From: an uncultured Acidimicrobiaceae bacterium
Lineage (GTDB): Bacteria > Actinomycetota > Acidimicrobiia > Acidimicrobiales > RAAP-2
Direction: 5' to 3'
DNA length: 64,000 bases
Assembly (NCBI GenBank): GCA_963833585.1
Contig: CAWHYF010000005.1
Span: 769,774 to 833,773, forward strand
The notes below the pieces were generated by a model. It worked only from the letters and a program-made list of their open reading frames with translations. It had not been told where the DNA came from and made no database searches. Made by a program: the position numbers and the translations under genes. Position 1 is the stretch's first letter, and each line of letters starts with the position of its first letter. Below, one piece after another: positions 53,876 to 62,712 of this stretch.

Positions 53876-55869
53876 CCCGCCACCGAGCCCAGGACCGGTT
53901 CGGGGTCGCCGGTCCCGGGGCCGCCGTCGGGCCCGGGCGGGGCCTTCCGGATGGCCAGGAGGCGCTCGAGGCCCACGGTGACCAGGTCGCCCAGTTGGTG
54001 GAGCAGGTCGGCCAGACCCCCGGGAAGGTACAGGATGAAGGCCAGGAGACCGATCCCGCTGGTCAGGAACTGGATGGTCGGGGTGGTCCCGAACAGGGCC
54101 GGGATCCCCACCAGGTAGACGGCGCCGAGCACCGCCCCGTCGATGGAGCCCAGGCCGCCGATGACCACCATGGAGACCACCAGGATCGAGAAGGACGGGT
54201 CGAAGGTGGAGGTCGAGAACCGCTCGGTGGCGAAGGCCAGGCACACCCCGGCGTAGCCGGCGATGAAGCCCGACAGGGCGAAGGCCAGCAGCTTGGTCCG
54301 GGCCAGGGGGATCCCGGTGGCCCCGGCCCCGGTCTCGTTGTCCCGTACCGCGATCAGTCGACGGGCCACCCCCCGGTCCCGCCACACCCGGACCATGAGT
54401 ACCGACACCACCAGGACGGCCAGGGAGAACCAGGCGAAGGAACGGGCCGAGGCCAGCTGGATGCCGAGGAAGCTGGGGGGCGCGATGAGGGTCGACTGGG
54501 GGTTGGGCAGGCCGGTGCAGAGCGACTTGCCCACCAGCGGCAGGGTCCAACAGGGGGTGGACAGGACCGAGCCCATCAGCCACAGGCTGAAGGCCAGCGT
54601 GCTCACCGCCAGGTACAGGCCGCGCACCCGAAGGGCCGGAAGCCCCACCAGCACGGCGATCACCGCGGTGACCGCACCGGCGAACGGCATGAGCAGGATG
54701 AGCGGGACGCTGGTTCCGAGGTGGGCGGCCATCAGCGCTCCGCAGGCCACCAGGCCGAACTGGCCCAGCGAGACCTGACCGGCCCACCCGGTGAGCACGG
54801 TGAGGGAGAGGGCGATCACCGCGTAGATGCAGATCTGGGACAGCAGGAAGGAGCGGCCGGTGCTGACCACGAAGGGCAGCAGCGCCACCACCACCACCGT
54901 GGCCACCACGCCGGTCGCGCCCACCCGGCGACGGAGCGGCCCGTCGTGGTGGCGCTGGTCGCGGGAGCTCTCCAGCCAGGTGGACCGGTCCTCGCGCCGC
55001 CCTCCGGTGGGGAGGGCGGCGATGCGGACCAGCAGCACCAGCAGCACCATGGCGAACAGCACCAGGTCCACCTGGGCCGTGCTGGACAGGTTCCACACCA
55101 GGATCTCCTGGATCACCCCCACCCCGATGGCGGCCACGAAGGCCACGGTCAGGTTGACCATGGCCCCCACCATGGCCGCGGTCAGGGCCAGCAGCAGCAG
55201 TTCGGGGCTGAGCACCTCGGTGAGGGACGAGGTCTGCCCCGGGGCGGCCAGGATGGCGGCGAAGGCCGACAACACCCCGGCCAGGGTCCAGGTCACCGTG
55301 GAGGTGCGCCGGACCCAGACCCCGGACAGCCGGGCCGAGTCGGCGTTCTCGGCCATGGCCCGCATGGCCAGGCCCCACGGCGACCACTTGACGAAGGCGG
55401 CCAGGGCGATGGCCACCAGGGGAGCCACCACCAGGGTCACCACCTGACCCGGGGTGAACAGGTAGGTCCCGATGTGGAAGGAGAAGTGGACCGGCACCGG
55501 GAACGGCTTGAACAGGTTCTTGGGACGGATGAAGGGCAGGGCGGTGAACACGAACAGCACCTGGCTGAGTCCGATGGTGGCCACCATCACCAGCACCCGG
55601 GGACGGTTGAACAGGCGGCGCAATAACAGCTCGGAGAGGGCCCCCACCGCCGCCGCCAGGAGCAGGGAGAGCGCCAGGGCGAACCAGTAGTTGAACCCGA
55701 AGTCGTAGAAGCACTTGACCAGGAACACCGCCGCCACCACCCCCAACTGGCCCTGGGCGAAGTTGAGGACCCGGTTGGTCCGGTAGATGAGGACCAGGCC
55801 CATGGCCAGCAACCCGTACCCGAGGCCGGTGATGACACCCTGGACCAGGACGAAGCTGGGGATCGACAT
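53872..55869 (-). CDS. Fused LivH-LivM type ABC transporter permease
   Basis: 665 aa in two halves. The first resembles LivH (LLAMGLVLIYRTNRVLNFAQG) and the second resembles LivM (LTGWAGQVSLGQFG), joined by a charged linker. Confidence 0.85.
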   Translation of the reverse strand: MSIPSFVLVQGVITGLGYGLLAMGLVLIYRTNRVLNFAQGQLGVVAAVFLVKCFYDFGFNYWFALALSLLLAAAVGALSELLLRRLFNRPRVLVMVATIGLSQVLFVFTALPFIRPKNLFKPFPVPVHFSFHIGTYLFTPGQVVTLVVAPLVAIALAAFVKWSPWGLAMRAMAENADSARLSGVWVRRTSTVTWTLAGVLSAFAAILAAPGQTSSLTEVLSPELLLLALTAAMVGAMVNLTVAFVAAIGVGVIQEILVWNLSSTAQVDLVLFAMVLLVLLVRIAALPTGGRREDRSTWLESSRDQRHHDGPLRRRVGATGVVATVVVVALLPFVVSTGRSFLLSQICIYAVIALSLTVLTGWAGQVSLGQFGLVACGALMAAHLGTSVPLILLMPFAGAVTAVIAVLVGLPALRVRGLYLAVSTLAFSLWLMGSVLSTPCWTLPLVGKSLCTGLPNPQSTLIAPPSFLGIQLASARSFAWFSLAVLVVSVLMVRVWRDRGVARRLIAVRDNETGAGATGIPLARTKLLAFALSGFIAGYAGVCLAFATERFSTSTFDPSFSILVVSMVVIGGLGSIDGAVLGAVYLVGIPALFGTTPTIQFLTSGIGLLAFILYLPGGLADLLHQLGDLVTVGLERLLAIRKAPPGPDGGPGTGDPEPVLGSVAG

Positions 55870-55878
55870 GACCGACGG

Positions 55879-58083
55879 CTAGCCCAGTCCGTCCACGGCC
55901 GCCCCCAGGAACACCGGGCGCAGCAGATCGCTCCGCTCCAGGAGGTCGGCGGTGGGCCCGTCGAAGCGGACCTCGCCGCGCTCGAGGAAGAAGGCCCGCT
56001 CGGCCAGGCTCATGGCCCGGTTGACGCTCTGCTCCACCAGCACCACCGTGGTGCCCTGGCGGTTGACCTCCCGCACGATGGCCATCAGCCGGTCCACCGC
56101 CATGGGGGCCAGCCCCAGAGCCAGCTCGTCGATCATCAGGAGCTTCGGCTCGGTCATCATGACCCGGGCCAGGGCCAGCATCTGCTGCTCGCCGCCCGAG
56201 AGGGTGCCGGCCGGCTGGTGGAGGCGCGGGGCCAGCTCGGGGAAGCGGTCGACCGCCTCGTCCAGGGCGGCCCGGGACCGGGACCCCTGGCCCCGCAGGG
56301 AGTGGCTCCCGACCAAGAGGTTGTCCCGCACGGTCAGGCCGGTGAAGGTCATCTTGCCTCCGACCAGCAGGGCCACGTCCCGGCGGATGATCTGCTCGGG
56401 CTCGAGGTAGGTGCAGTTGGTTCCGTAGATGCGGATTACGCCACGGTGGGGGTGGTCGAGCCCGGCCACCGCCCGTAGCAGGGTGGACTTGCCGGCGCCG
56501 TTGGTGCCGAGCAGGGCGACGATCTCGCCCTGGCCCACTTCGAGGTTGACGTCGAACAACACCTGGTTGGTGCCGTAGTAGAAGTCGAGATTGTGGACCT
56601 GCAGGGCCGGGAGGTCGCCCCCGGCCTGCCGGCGGGCGCCCTCGGCGTGGCGTTCCAGCACGTCCTCGATGACCAGGGTGATGTCGCGCCGGACGTAGCG
56701 GGAGCCGACGAGCAACATGAACCCCCCGATGACGCAGACCGGACCGATCAGGGTGAGAGCCGCCGTGGGCCCGTTCCGGTAGCCGACGGCGTCGCTCACC
56801 GCCCCGAGGAGGACGCCACCGGCGAACCCTCCGAAGACCAGGGAGTACACCCCGAACATGGCGAAGCAGATGGTGCGCATCTCCGCCGGCGCGGTGGCAG
56901 CCAGGGTCAGGAAGATGCAGATGGCCAGCGGCGAGATCGCTGCGTTGGCCAGGAACTGCAGGGTCACCACCATCCACAGCTCGGGCAGGTACAGCGAGGC
57001 CACGTACAGGCCCCCGTAGGCGGCGATGCAGATCCCGGCGATGACCAGGGGACGTTGGGGGGCGCGGCGGAAGTACCGGTCGCCGAGGACATAGGCCAGG
57101 GGCAGGCCGAGGAAGGCGGCCAGTCCGATGACGGAGTAGACCTCGCTCCTCTGGGCGGTGTCCAGTCCCCACACCCGCACGAAGTACAGGTTCCCGAACA
57201 GCGGTGCCGCCGTCCCGGCGAAGCCCAGGATGGCCACGGCCACCAGCTCGTAGTAGATGGAGCGGATCCGCAGCAGGCGGGTGATGGCCGAACCCAGCAG
57301 GACCCGGGGGGCATCGCTCTGCTGGGAGTGCAGGTCCATGCCGGAGGCCTTCAGGATGTGACTGGACTCGTTCTGGCCCTTGTCCGGCTCGTTCAGGGTG
57401 AACAGTGACAGCCCGAGGGGGATCCCCACCAGGGCGATGAGCATCCCCCACCGCCAGTTGTGTCCGACGGTGACCACCAGCCCGAAGATCAGGATCCCCA
57501 CCGTCTGGGACAGCGGATCGGAGAGGTTGTGCCAACTGAACACCCGCCCCCGACCCTCGGTGGGATAGGCATCGGAGAGATACGAGTTGTGGACGGTGTT
57601 GTTCACCCCGGACCCGATCGAGGCGATCAGGTAGAGGAAGGTGAAGACCCACACGTTGGGGGACAGGGCCATCAGCGGGGTGAACACGGAGAAGATGATC
57701 AGCGCCACCCCGGCCACCACCTTGCGGCTCCCCCGGTCGGCCCACAGGGCCAGAGGCACCGCCCACAACAGCTGGGCGGCCGATCCGACGAAGGTCACCG
57801 CGCCGAGGGCGGCGTCGTGGATGTGGAAGGAGGCCTCGAGGTTGGTGCCGATGTTGGCGATGCCGTTTCCGACCGTGCCCGGCACCAACGCGGCCAGCGT
57901 GAGCAGCACCAGGGGGGAGTAACCGAACTGGTTGAGGATGCCGACCAGGGGCGGCGGCTTGCCTTCGCCGGTGCCGGGCATGGAGGCCAGGTCGGCGACG
58001 GCGTCGGGGTTGCTGCTCTTGGCGACGACCTCTTTGAGGAGTTCGTCGGGTACGGCGAAGTCGAACACCACCTGGTCGGCCAT
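55879..58083 (-). CDS. MFS-like 12-TM domain fused to a LivF-like ABC ATP-binding domain
   Basis: 734 aa. The N-terminal roughly 480 aa are hydrophobic with an MFS motif-A-like LWADRGSRK. The C-terminal roughly 240 aa have Walker A GTNGAGKST, signature LSGGEQQ and Walker B LLMIDE. Confidence 0.8.
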   Translation of the reverse strand: MADQVVFDFAVPDELLKEVVAKSSNPDAVADLASMPGTGEGKPPPLVGILNQFGYSPLVLLTLAALVPGTVGNGIANIGTNLEASFHIHDAALGAVTFVGSAAQLLWAVPLALWADRGSRKVVAGVALIIFSVFTPLMALSPNVWVFTFLYLIASIGSGVNNTVHNSYLSDAYPTEGRGRVFSWHNLSDPLSQTVGILIFGLVVTVGHNWRWGMLIALVGIPLGLSLFTLNEPDKGQNESSHILKASGMDLHSQQSDAPRVLLGSAITRLLRIRSIYYELVAVAILGFAGTAAPLFGNLYFVRVWGLDTAQRSEVYSVIGLAAFLGLPLAYVLGDRYFRRAPQRPLVIAGICIAAYGGLYVASLYLPELWMVVTLQFLANAAISPLAICIFLTLAATAPAEMRTICFAMFGVYSLVFGGFAGGVLLGAVSDAVGYRNGPTAALTLIGPVCVIGGFMLLVGSRYVRRDITLVIEDVLERHAEGARRQAGGDLPALQVHNLDFYYGTNQVLFDVNLEVGQGEIVALLGTNGAGKSTLLRAVAGLDHPHRGVIRIYGTNCTYLEPEQIIRRDVALLVGGKMTFTGLTVRDNLLVGSHSLRGQGSRSRAALDEAVDRFPELAPRLHQPAGTLSGGEQQMLALARVMMTEPKLLMIDELALGLAPMAVDRLMAIVREVNRQGTTVVLVEQSVNRAMSLAERAFFLERGEVRFDGPTADLLERSDLLRPVFLGAAVDGLG

Positions 58084-58160
58084 TGAGCAGTCACCCTATC
58101 CCTGGGCGGTTGCCGGGACACAGCTGTTTCCCGCCGCCGGGGCGAACGACTCGGGCCCGC

Positions 58161-59441
58161 TCAGGCCCCCTCCGGCGTGGGGCCTCGGGGCGTGGCCACG
58201 GTGAGTGGCCCCCGGGGCAGCACGCAGAGCCGGGCCGGCCGGCCCTCGAGCCGGGACCGGGCCGCCAACGCCTCGGCCACGGCGGCGGACGGGTCGGTCA
58301 CCGGCAGCATCCGGGCCGCCCGGACCCACTCGTCGGTGAGGCCCTGCGAGTACATCCACACCTGGGCCCGGCCGAGGACCCGGCCGAGCACCTGGGACTG
58401 CCACCCGTCCACCTCCCCGGGCCCGACCGGCCGGGCCAGCTGCTCGACGGAGGGGGCGGCCCGGAGGATCCGGGCGAAGGCCCCGTCCTCGGGGACGCCG
58501 TCGCCACACGCCGCCGCCATCACGATGATCCCGCCCTCGGTCACCACCCGTTCCGCCGCGGCCAGGCCCTTGACCGCCTGGTACAGGTTGCGGTCGAGCG
58601 GATGGCCGCCGTTGGTGGTGAGCACGACGTCGAACCGGCCGGGCACCGACCGGGTGACCGAGCGGGACGCCGCCGCCACGGCGGCCCGGTGGCTGTCCGG
58701 CAGGGTGCCGACGAACACCCCGGTGAGCCGGCGCTGGTCGTCGATGGTGACGTCGACGACCAGATCCGGCGGGCACCGCGAGGTGGCGGCGCTCACGAAG
58801 TCGTGCACGGGATTTCCCCGGGTGGCCAGCCAGGTGGAACCGGGGTCGGCGATCCGCCCCGGACTGTGGGCCTCGATGACGGTGGAGGTGGCGGCCAGCC
58901 CGGGACAGGTCCCTTTCGGACCTCCGCTCCAGCCGGCGAAGAAGTGGGGCTCGACGAACCCGGTCAGGATCCGGCGGTCGGCCTCCACGTACCGTCGGTC
59001 GAGGAGGATGGGGACCCCGTCGACGGCACCGACGGCGACGTGGTCCGGGTCGTCCGACCGGTGCTGGTGGATCCGGTACCGCTCGACGATGGCCGACCCG
59101 ACCAACTCGGCCAGTTCGGCCGGGGTGGCCGAGCGGTGGGTGCCGGTGGCGCACAACAGGTCGACCCGGTCCGGTCCCGCCCCGGCCCGCTCCAGCTCGG
59201 CCAGCAGCGGAGGCAGCACGGTGGTGTTGGGCATCGGCCGGGTGATGTCGGGGAAGACCACCACCACCCGATCGCCCGGTGCCACCAGATCGGCGAGCGG
59301 CCGCCCGCACAGCGGCGACCGGAGCGCCTGCTCCACCGCACCCCACTCGTCGGCCAGCGGCGTTGAGCCGGTGGGCTCGACCACGACGGCCTCGGGCGGC
59401 ACCTCCACGGTCAGACCGTCGGTGCCGTAGGCCACGGTCAC
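58161..59441 (-). CDS. LarA-like nickel-pincer-nucleotide-dependent 2-hydroxyacid racemase/epimerase (DUF2088 family)
   Basis: The GTG at 59441 overlaps the kinase stop (GTGA). 426 aa with CATGTHR and FVEPHFFAGWSGGPKG...EAH, giving H-x9-K-x15-H spacing. Confidence 0.75.
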   Translation of the reverse strand: MTVAYGTDGLTVEVPPEAVVVEPTGSTPLADEWGAVEQALRSPLCGRPLADLVAPGDRVVVVFPDITRPMPNTTVLPPLLAELERAGAGPDRVDLLCATGTHRSATPAELAELVGSAIVERYRIHQHRSDDPDHVAVGAVDGVPILLDRRYVEADRRILTGFVEPHFFAGWSGGPKGTCPGLAATSTVIEAHSPGRIADPGSTWLATRGNPVHDFVSAATSRCPPDLVVDVTIDDQRRLTGVFVGTLPDSHRAAVAAASRSVTRSVPGRFDVVLTTNGGHPLDRNLYQAVKGLAAAERVVTEGGIIVMAAACGDGVPEDGAFARILRAAPSVEQLARPVGPGEVDGWQSQVLGRVLGRAQVWMYSQGLTDEWVRAARMLPVTDPSAAVAEALAARSRLEGRPARLCVLPRGPLTVATPRGPTPEGA

Positions 59442-60913
59442 CCGCACGCCCGGACCTCCGGACCGCTGGGCCGGCCCAGCGGGAGCAGGGCGGCGACGGC
59501 CCGGTCCGACCGCGGCCGTAGGGAGCGATAGGCCGGGACGACCTCGGGGTCCGGCCGGTGCCGGCGCACCACGGGGTCCAGCCGGTCGAGGTCGGTCTCG
59601 ATCCCGACCGCCCGGGCGGCCAGCAGGGCGGCCCCCGCCGAGGCCGCCTGCCCCGAGCGGCGGGAGTGGGCCGGCAGCCCGGTGACCCCGCAGAGCACCT
59701 CGGTCCACACCTCGACCTCGGCCCCGGAGCCCCCGAGGGCCAGCCCGGTCGGCACCGGGCCCGAGGGCCGGCGATCGGACGCCACCTCCAGGCAGCGCTG
59801 CACCTCCCAGGCCACCGCCTCGTACGCCGCCCGGGCCAGGTCACCGGGGCCGTGCCCGGCGTGCAGTCCCACGAAGCCGACGGTGGCCTCGTCCCGCCAC
59901 CACGGGGCCCGGGCCCCCTCCAGCCAGGGGACGGCCACCACCCCTCCTGCGCCCGGCGGGCTCACCGCGGCCCACTCGGCCAACGTCTCGGCCGGTTGAC
60001 CGACCAGGCGCCCGATCCACGCCACCAGGGATCCGGCCGCCGACAGACCACCCTCCAGCAGCCACCCCCCGTCGGCCGCCCGGGACAGCACCACGCCGGC
60101 CGGCGCCCGAGCCGGCCGGTGACCGAGCGGGACCGAGACGTTGGCCGTCGTGCCCCAACTGACCATGGGACGGTCCTCGGCCGCCCCGGAGCCGAGCACC
60201 TCACAGGCGCGGTCGCCGGCCCCGATCACCACCGGCAGGCCGCCGGCCAGCCCCAGTGCCGCCGCCGCCGGCCGGGTGAGGGGTCCGGTGACGCGGTCCG
60301 GCGGCACCTGGGGCGGGAGCAGGACGGCCGCCTCGCCGGCCAGGGCCGGATCCAACCGGCCGTCGAGGTCGTAGAGGCCGCTGCGCGAGGCCATGGTGGG
60401 GTCGGTGGCCACCACGCCGGTGAGGCGGTGGGTCACCAGGTCCCTCGGGGTGAGTACCCAAGAGGCGGCGGCCAGGAGGTCGGGGTGGTTCGACCGCAGC
60501 CACCCGAGCTTGGCGGCAACCGATGCTGCGTCGAGGGGGATCCCGCTCGGGGCCGGGGCCCCTCCCCCACCCTCAGTCTTCTCGGCCAACCGGCGGGCCT
60601 CGCCCCCCGCCCGGCGGTCCGACCAGCCGATGGCCGGCCCCAGAGGGCGGCCGTCGGCGTCCACCAGTACCAACGTCTGGCGGGCGCCCGTGCAGCCCAC
60701 CACGTCCACCGCGGCATACGCCTCCGGCGCCCGGTCCCTCACCTCCGAGCAGGCCGAGACCACCGTGGCCCACCACTCGGTGGCGTCCTGCTCGGACCGG
60801 CCCGGTCGTGGATGGGTGGTCCCGACCGGCCGCCCGGCGTGGGCCACCCGGCCGTCCGGGCCCCACACGGCCACCTTGGTGACGCTCGAGCCGAGGTCGA
60901 CGGTGAGGATCAC
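59438..60913 (-). CDS. FGGY-family carbohydrate kinase
   Basis: N-terminal ILTVDLGSSVTKVAVW (actin-fold phosphate-1), ...WSDRRA..., and a C-terminal FGGY_C pattern (GGSGAEVEVWTEVL). GTGA overlap with the aldolase stop. Confidence 0.8.
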   Translation of the reverse strand: MILTVDLGSSVTKVAVWGPDGRVAHAGRPVGTTHPRPGRSEQDATEWWATVVSACSEVRDRAPEAYAAVDVVGCTGARQTLVLVDADGRPLGPAIGWSDRRAGGEARRLAEKTEGGGGAPAPSGIPLDAASVAAKLGWLRSNHPDLLAAASWVLTPRDLVTHRLTGVVATDPTMASRSGLYDLDGRLDPALAGEAAVLLPPQVPPDRVTGPLTRPAAAALGLAGGLPVVIGAGDRACEVLGSGAAEDRPMVSWGTTANVSVPLGHRPARAPAGVVLSRAADGGWLLEGGLSAAGSLVAWIGRLVGQPAETLAEWAAVSPPGAGGVVAVPWLEGARAPWWRDEATVGFVGLHAGHGPGDLARAAYEAVAWEVQRCLEVASDRRPSGPVPTGLALGGSGAEVEVWTEVLCGVTGLPAHSRRSGQAASAGAALLAARAVGIETDLDRLDPVVRRHRPDPEVVPAYRSLRPRSDRAVAALLPLGRPSGPEVRACG

Positions 60914-61743
60914 CCGGCGTGCACGACGTCCGCCAGGCGCTTTGCGGCCAGACCGGGGGACGACTCCTCGAGGATGGCCCGGCCCATGGCCAGCCCGGCC
61001 CCGCCCCCGGCCATCACATCCCGGGCCTCCCGCAGGACGCCGTCGGCGCCGTCGGATCGGTGCGGACCCCCGAGGAAGAGGACCGGTACCCCGACGCTGG
61101 CCGCCACCCGTCCCACCGCCTCGACCCGGGGATCACCCGGCGGCCGCTCCGGGACCGGGACCTTGAGCAGGGGCGCCCCGAGGTCGTGGGCGATGACCGA
61201 GGCCAGGACCACGTCGTCGGTCTGCTTGGACATGGTCCCGTGGCGCCAGATCACCGGCTCGATCATGGCCTCGAGCCCCGACGCCCGGGCCTCCTCCAGG
61301 ACCTGGCCCAGCAGGGCCAGTCCGGCGGCGCCGCCCGGGTCGGCGTAGTCGATGCGGGTCATGAGCTTGATCCCGGTCCAACCGTCGGCGGCGGCCCGGG
61401 CCACGCTGGCCACCAGCCGGTCGTCGAGTTCGAAGGCCGAGCCGGCCAGCCCGGTCCGGTTGATCGACAGATAGGTGCGGTGACCGGGTCGGAGCGAGCC
61501 GTTGCGGGCCAGGTCACCGAGCGGCTGCGCCGTCGCCAGGATGCCGTCGCAGTGGGCCAGGGCCTCGCCGGCCGCTCCGAGGTAGTCGGCGTAGGACTCG
61601 ATGGTCATCACGCCGCGCGCCCGGTGGTCGGCCGCCAGGACCAGGGCGGGGGTCGGGAGGAGAGGGGCGGCGGTCCGGTGGTGGTCGCCCGCGGCCCCCG
61701 TCGGTCCCTGGCCGCCCGTCCCGGTGCCACCCACCCCGTTCAC
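60910..61743 (-). CDS. Class I aldolase, DeoC/LacD (TIM-barrel) family
   Basis: The GTG at 61743 overlaps the upstream stop (GTGA). ...ALVLAADHRA..., WTGIKLMTRI (candidate Schiff-base Lys) and GGAGLAMGRAI. Confidence 0.65.
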   Translation of the reverse strand: MNGVGGTGTGGQGPTGAAGDHHRTAAPLLPTPALVLAADHRARGVMTIESYADYLGAAGEALAHCDGILATAQPLGDLARNGSLRPGHRTYLSINRTGLAGSAFELDDRLVASVARAAADGWTGIKLMTRIDYADPGGAAGLALLGQVLEEARASGLEAMIEPVIWRHGTMSKQTDDVVLASVIAHDLGAPLLKVPVPERPPGDPRVEAVGRVAASVGVPVLFLGGPHRSDGADGVLREARDVMAGGGAGLAMGRAILEESSPGLAAKRLADVVHAG

Positions 61744-62627
61744 TCCAGTCCGGCCCGGGCGAAGACCACCTTGGCCACCGCCGAGAAGTCCTGGCGGCCG
61801 TACCCGGCCGCACTGGCCGCGCCGAGTGCCTCCCGGGCCACCTCGGTGGTGGCCAGGGACACGCCGGCCGACGAGGCGTAGTGCAAGGCCAGGTCGAGGT
61901 CCTTGGCCATGAGATCGGTCATGAAACCGGGCTTCCACCCGTTGGAGGCCGGGCTCTCCGGGATGACCCCGGCGACCGGCAGCCGGGTCCGCACGGCCAC
62001 GCAGTCCCCCGTGGAGTGGAGGAGCACCTGGTGCAACTTGTCCATGTCCACCCCGGATCTCACCGCCAGGGCTGACGCCTCGGCCGTGGCCACCATCTGA
62101 GCCGCGTAGATCAGGTTGTTGCACAACTTCACCACCTGGCCCATCCCCGCTCCGCCGACGTGGACGATCAAGCCGGCGAAGGGGTCGAGGGCCGGGCGCA
62201 CCGCTTCCAGGGTCGCCTCGTCCCCCCCGACCATGAGGGTCAGCGTGCCCTTCTCCGCCCCGGCCGTGCCGCCCGAGAGAGGGGCGTCGAGGAACGCCGC
62301 GCCGGTGGCGGCCACCCGTTCGTGCTGGGCCCGCTCCACCTCGGGGTCGATGGTCGAGCAGTCCACCACCACCTTCCCCGGTCCCAGGGCGGGCAGCATG
62401 GCGTCCACCACGTCGACCACCTGGGGCGAACTCGGGACACAGAGGATCACCACCTCGCTGACCTCGGTCACCCGGAGCGGATCGGTCCCGTCGACGGCCC
62501 CCAGGGACACCGCCTGGGCCACCGGCCCGGGGCTCCGCGAGGACACGGTGACCCGGTGGCCGGCCTCCACCAGGTGCCGGGCCATGGGCAGGCCCATCGC
62601 CCCCAGTCCGACGAAGCCGATCTGCAT
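61740..62627 (-). CDS. NAD(P)-dependent beta-hydroxyacid dehydrogenase (HIBADH / tartronate-semialdehyde-reductase family)
   Basis: ATG at 62627 after GAGGAGG. IGFVGLGAMGLPMA Rossmann motif, DAPLSGG, and GAGMGQVVKLCNN with the catalytic Lys. Confidence 0.85.
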   Translation of the reverse strand: MQIGFVGLGAMGLPMARHLVEAGHRVTVSSRSPGPVAQAVSLGAVDGTDPLRVTEVSEVVILCVPSSPQVVDVVDAMLPALGPGKVVVDCSTIDPEVERAQHERVAATGAAFLDAPLSGGTAGAEKGTLTLMVGGDEATLEAVRPALDPFAGLIVHVGGAGMGQVVKLCNNLIYAAQMVATAEASALAVRSGVDMDKLHQVLLHSTGDCVAVRTRLPVAGVIPESPASNGWKPGFMTDLMAKDLDLALHYASSAGVSLATTEVAREALGAASAAGYGRQDFSAVAKVVFARAGLE

Positions 62628-62712
62628 GGGGTCCCTCCTCATCGATGTCCGAACCCGTCGAGGGTCCCTCGCCGGCAGGCCCCGGGGCAACTGCCCCGGT
62701 CGGTCGGTCGGT

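Noticed and set aside
52961-57766. A 1601-aa ORF on the minus strand, the longest in the track.
   Set aside because: Only its last 305 codons (52961-53875) look like a real protein (LivG-type ATPase). The rest is Arg/Gly/Pro-rich. It overlaps, out of frame, the well-supported permease (53872-55869) and MFS-ATPase (55879-58083) genes. This is typical stop-codon-poor shadow reading in very high-GC DNA.
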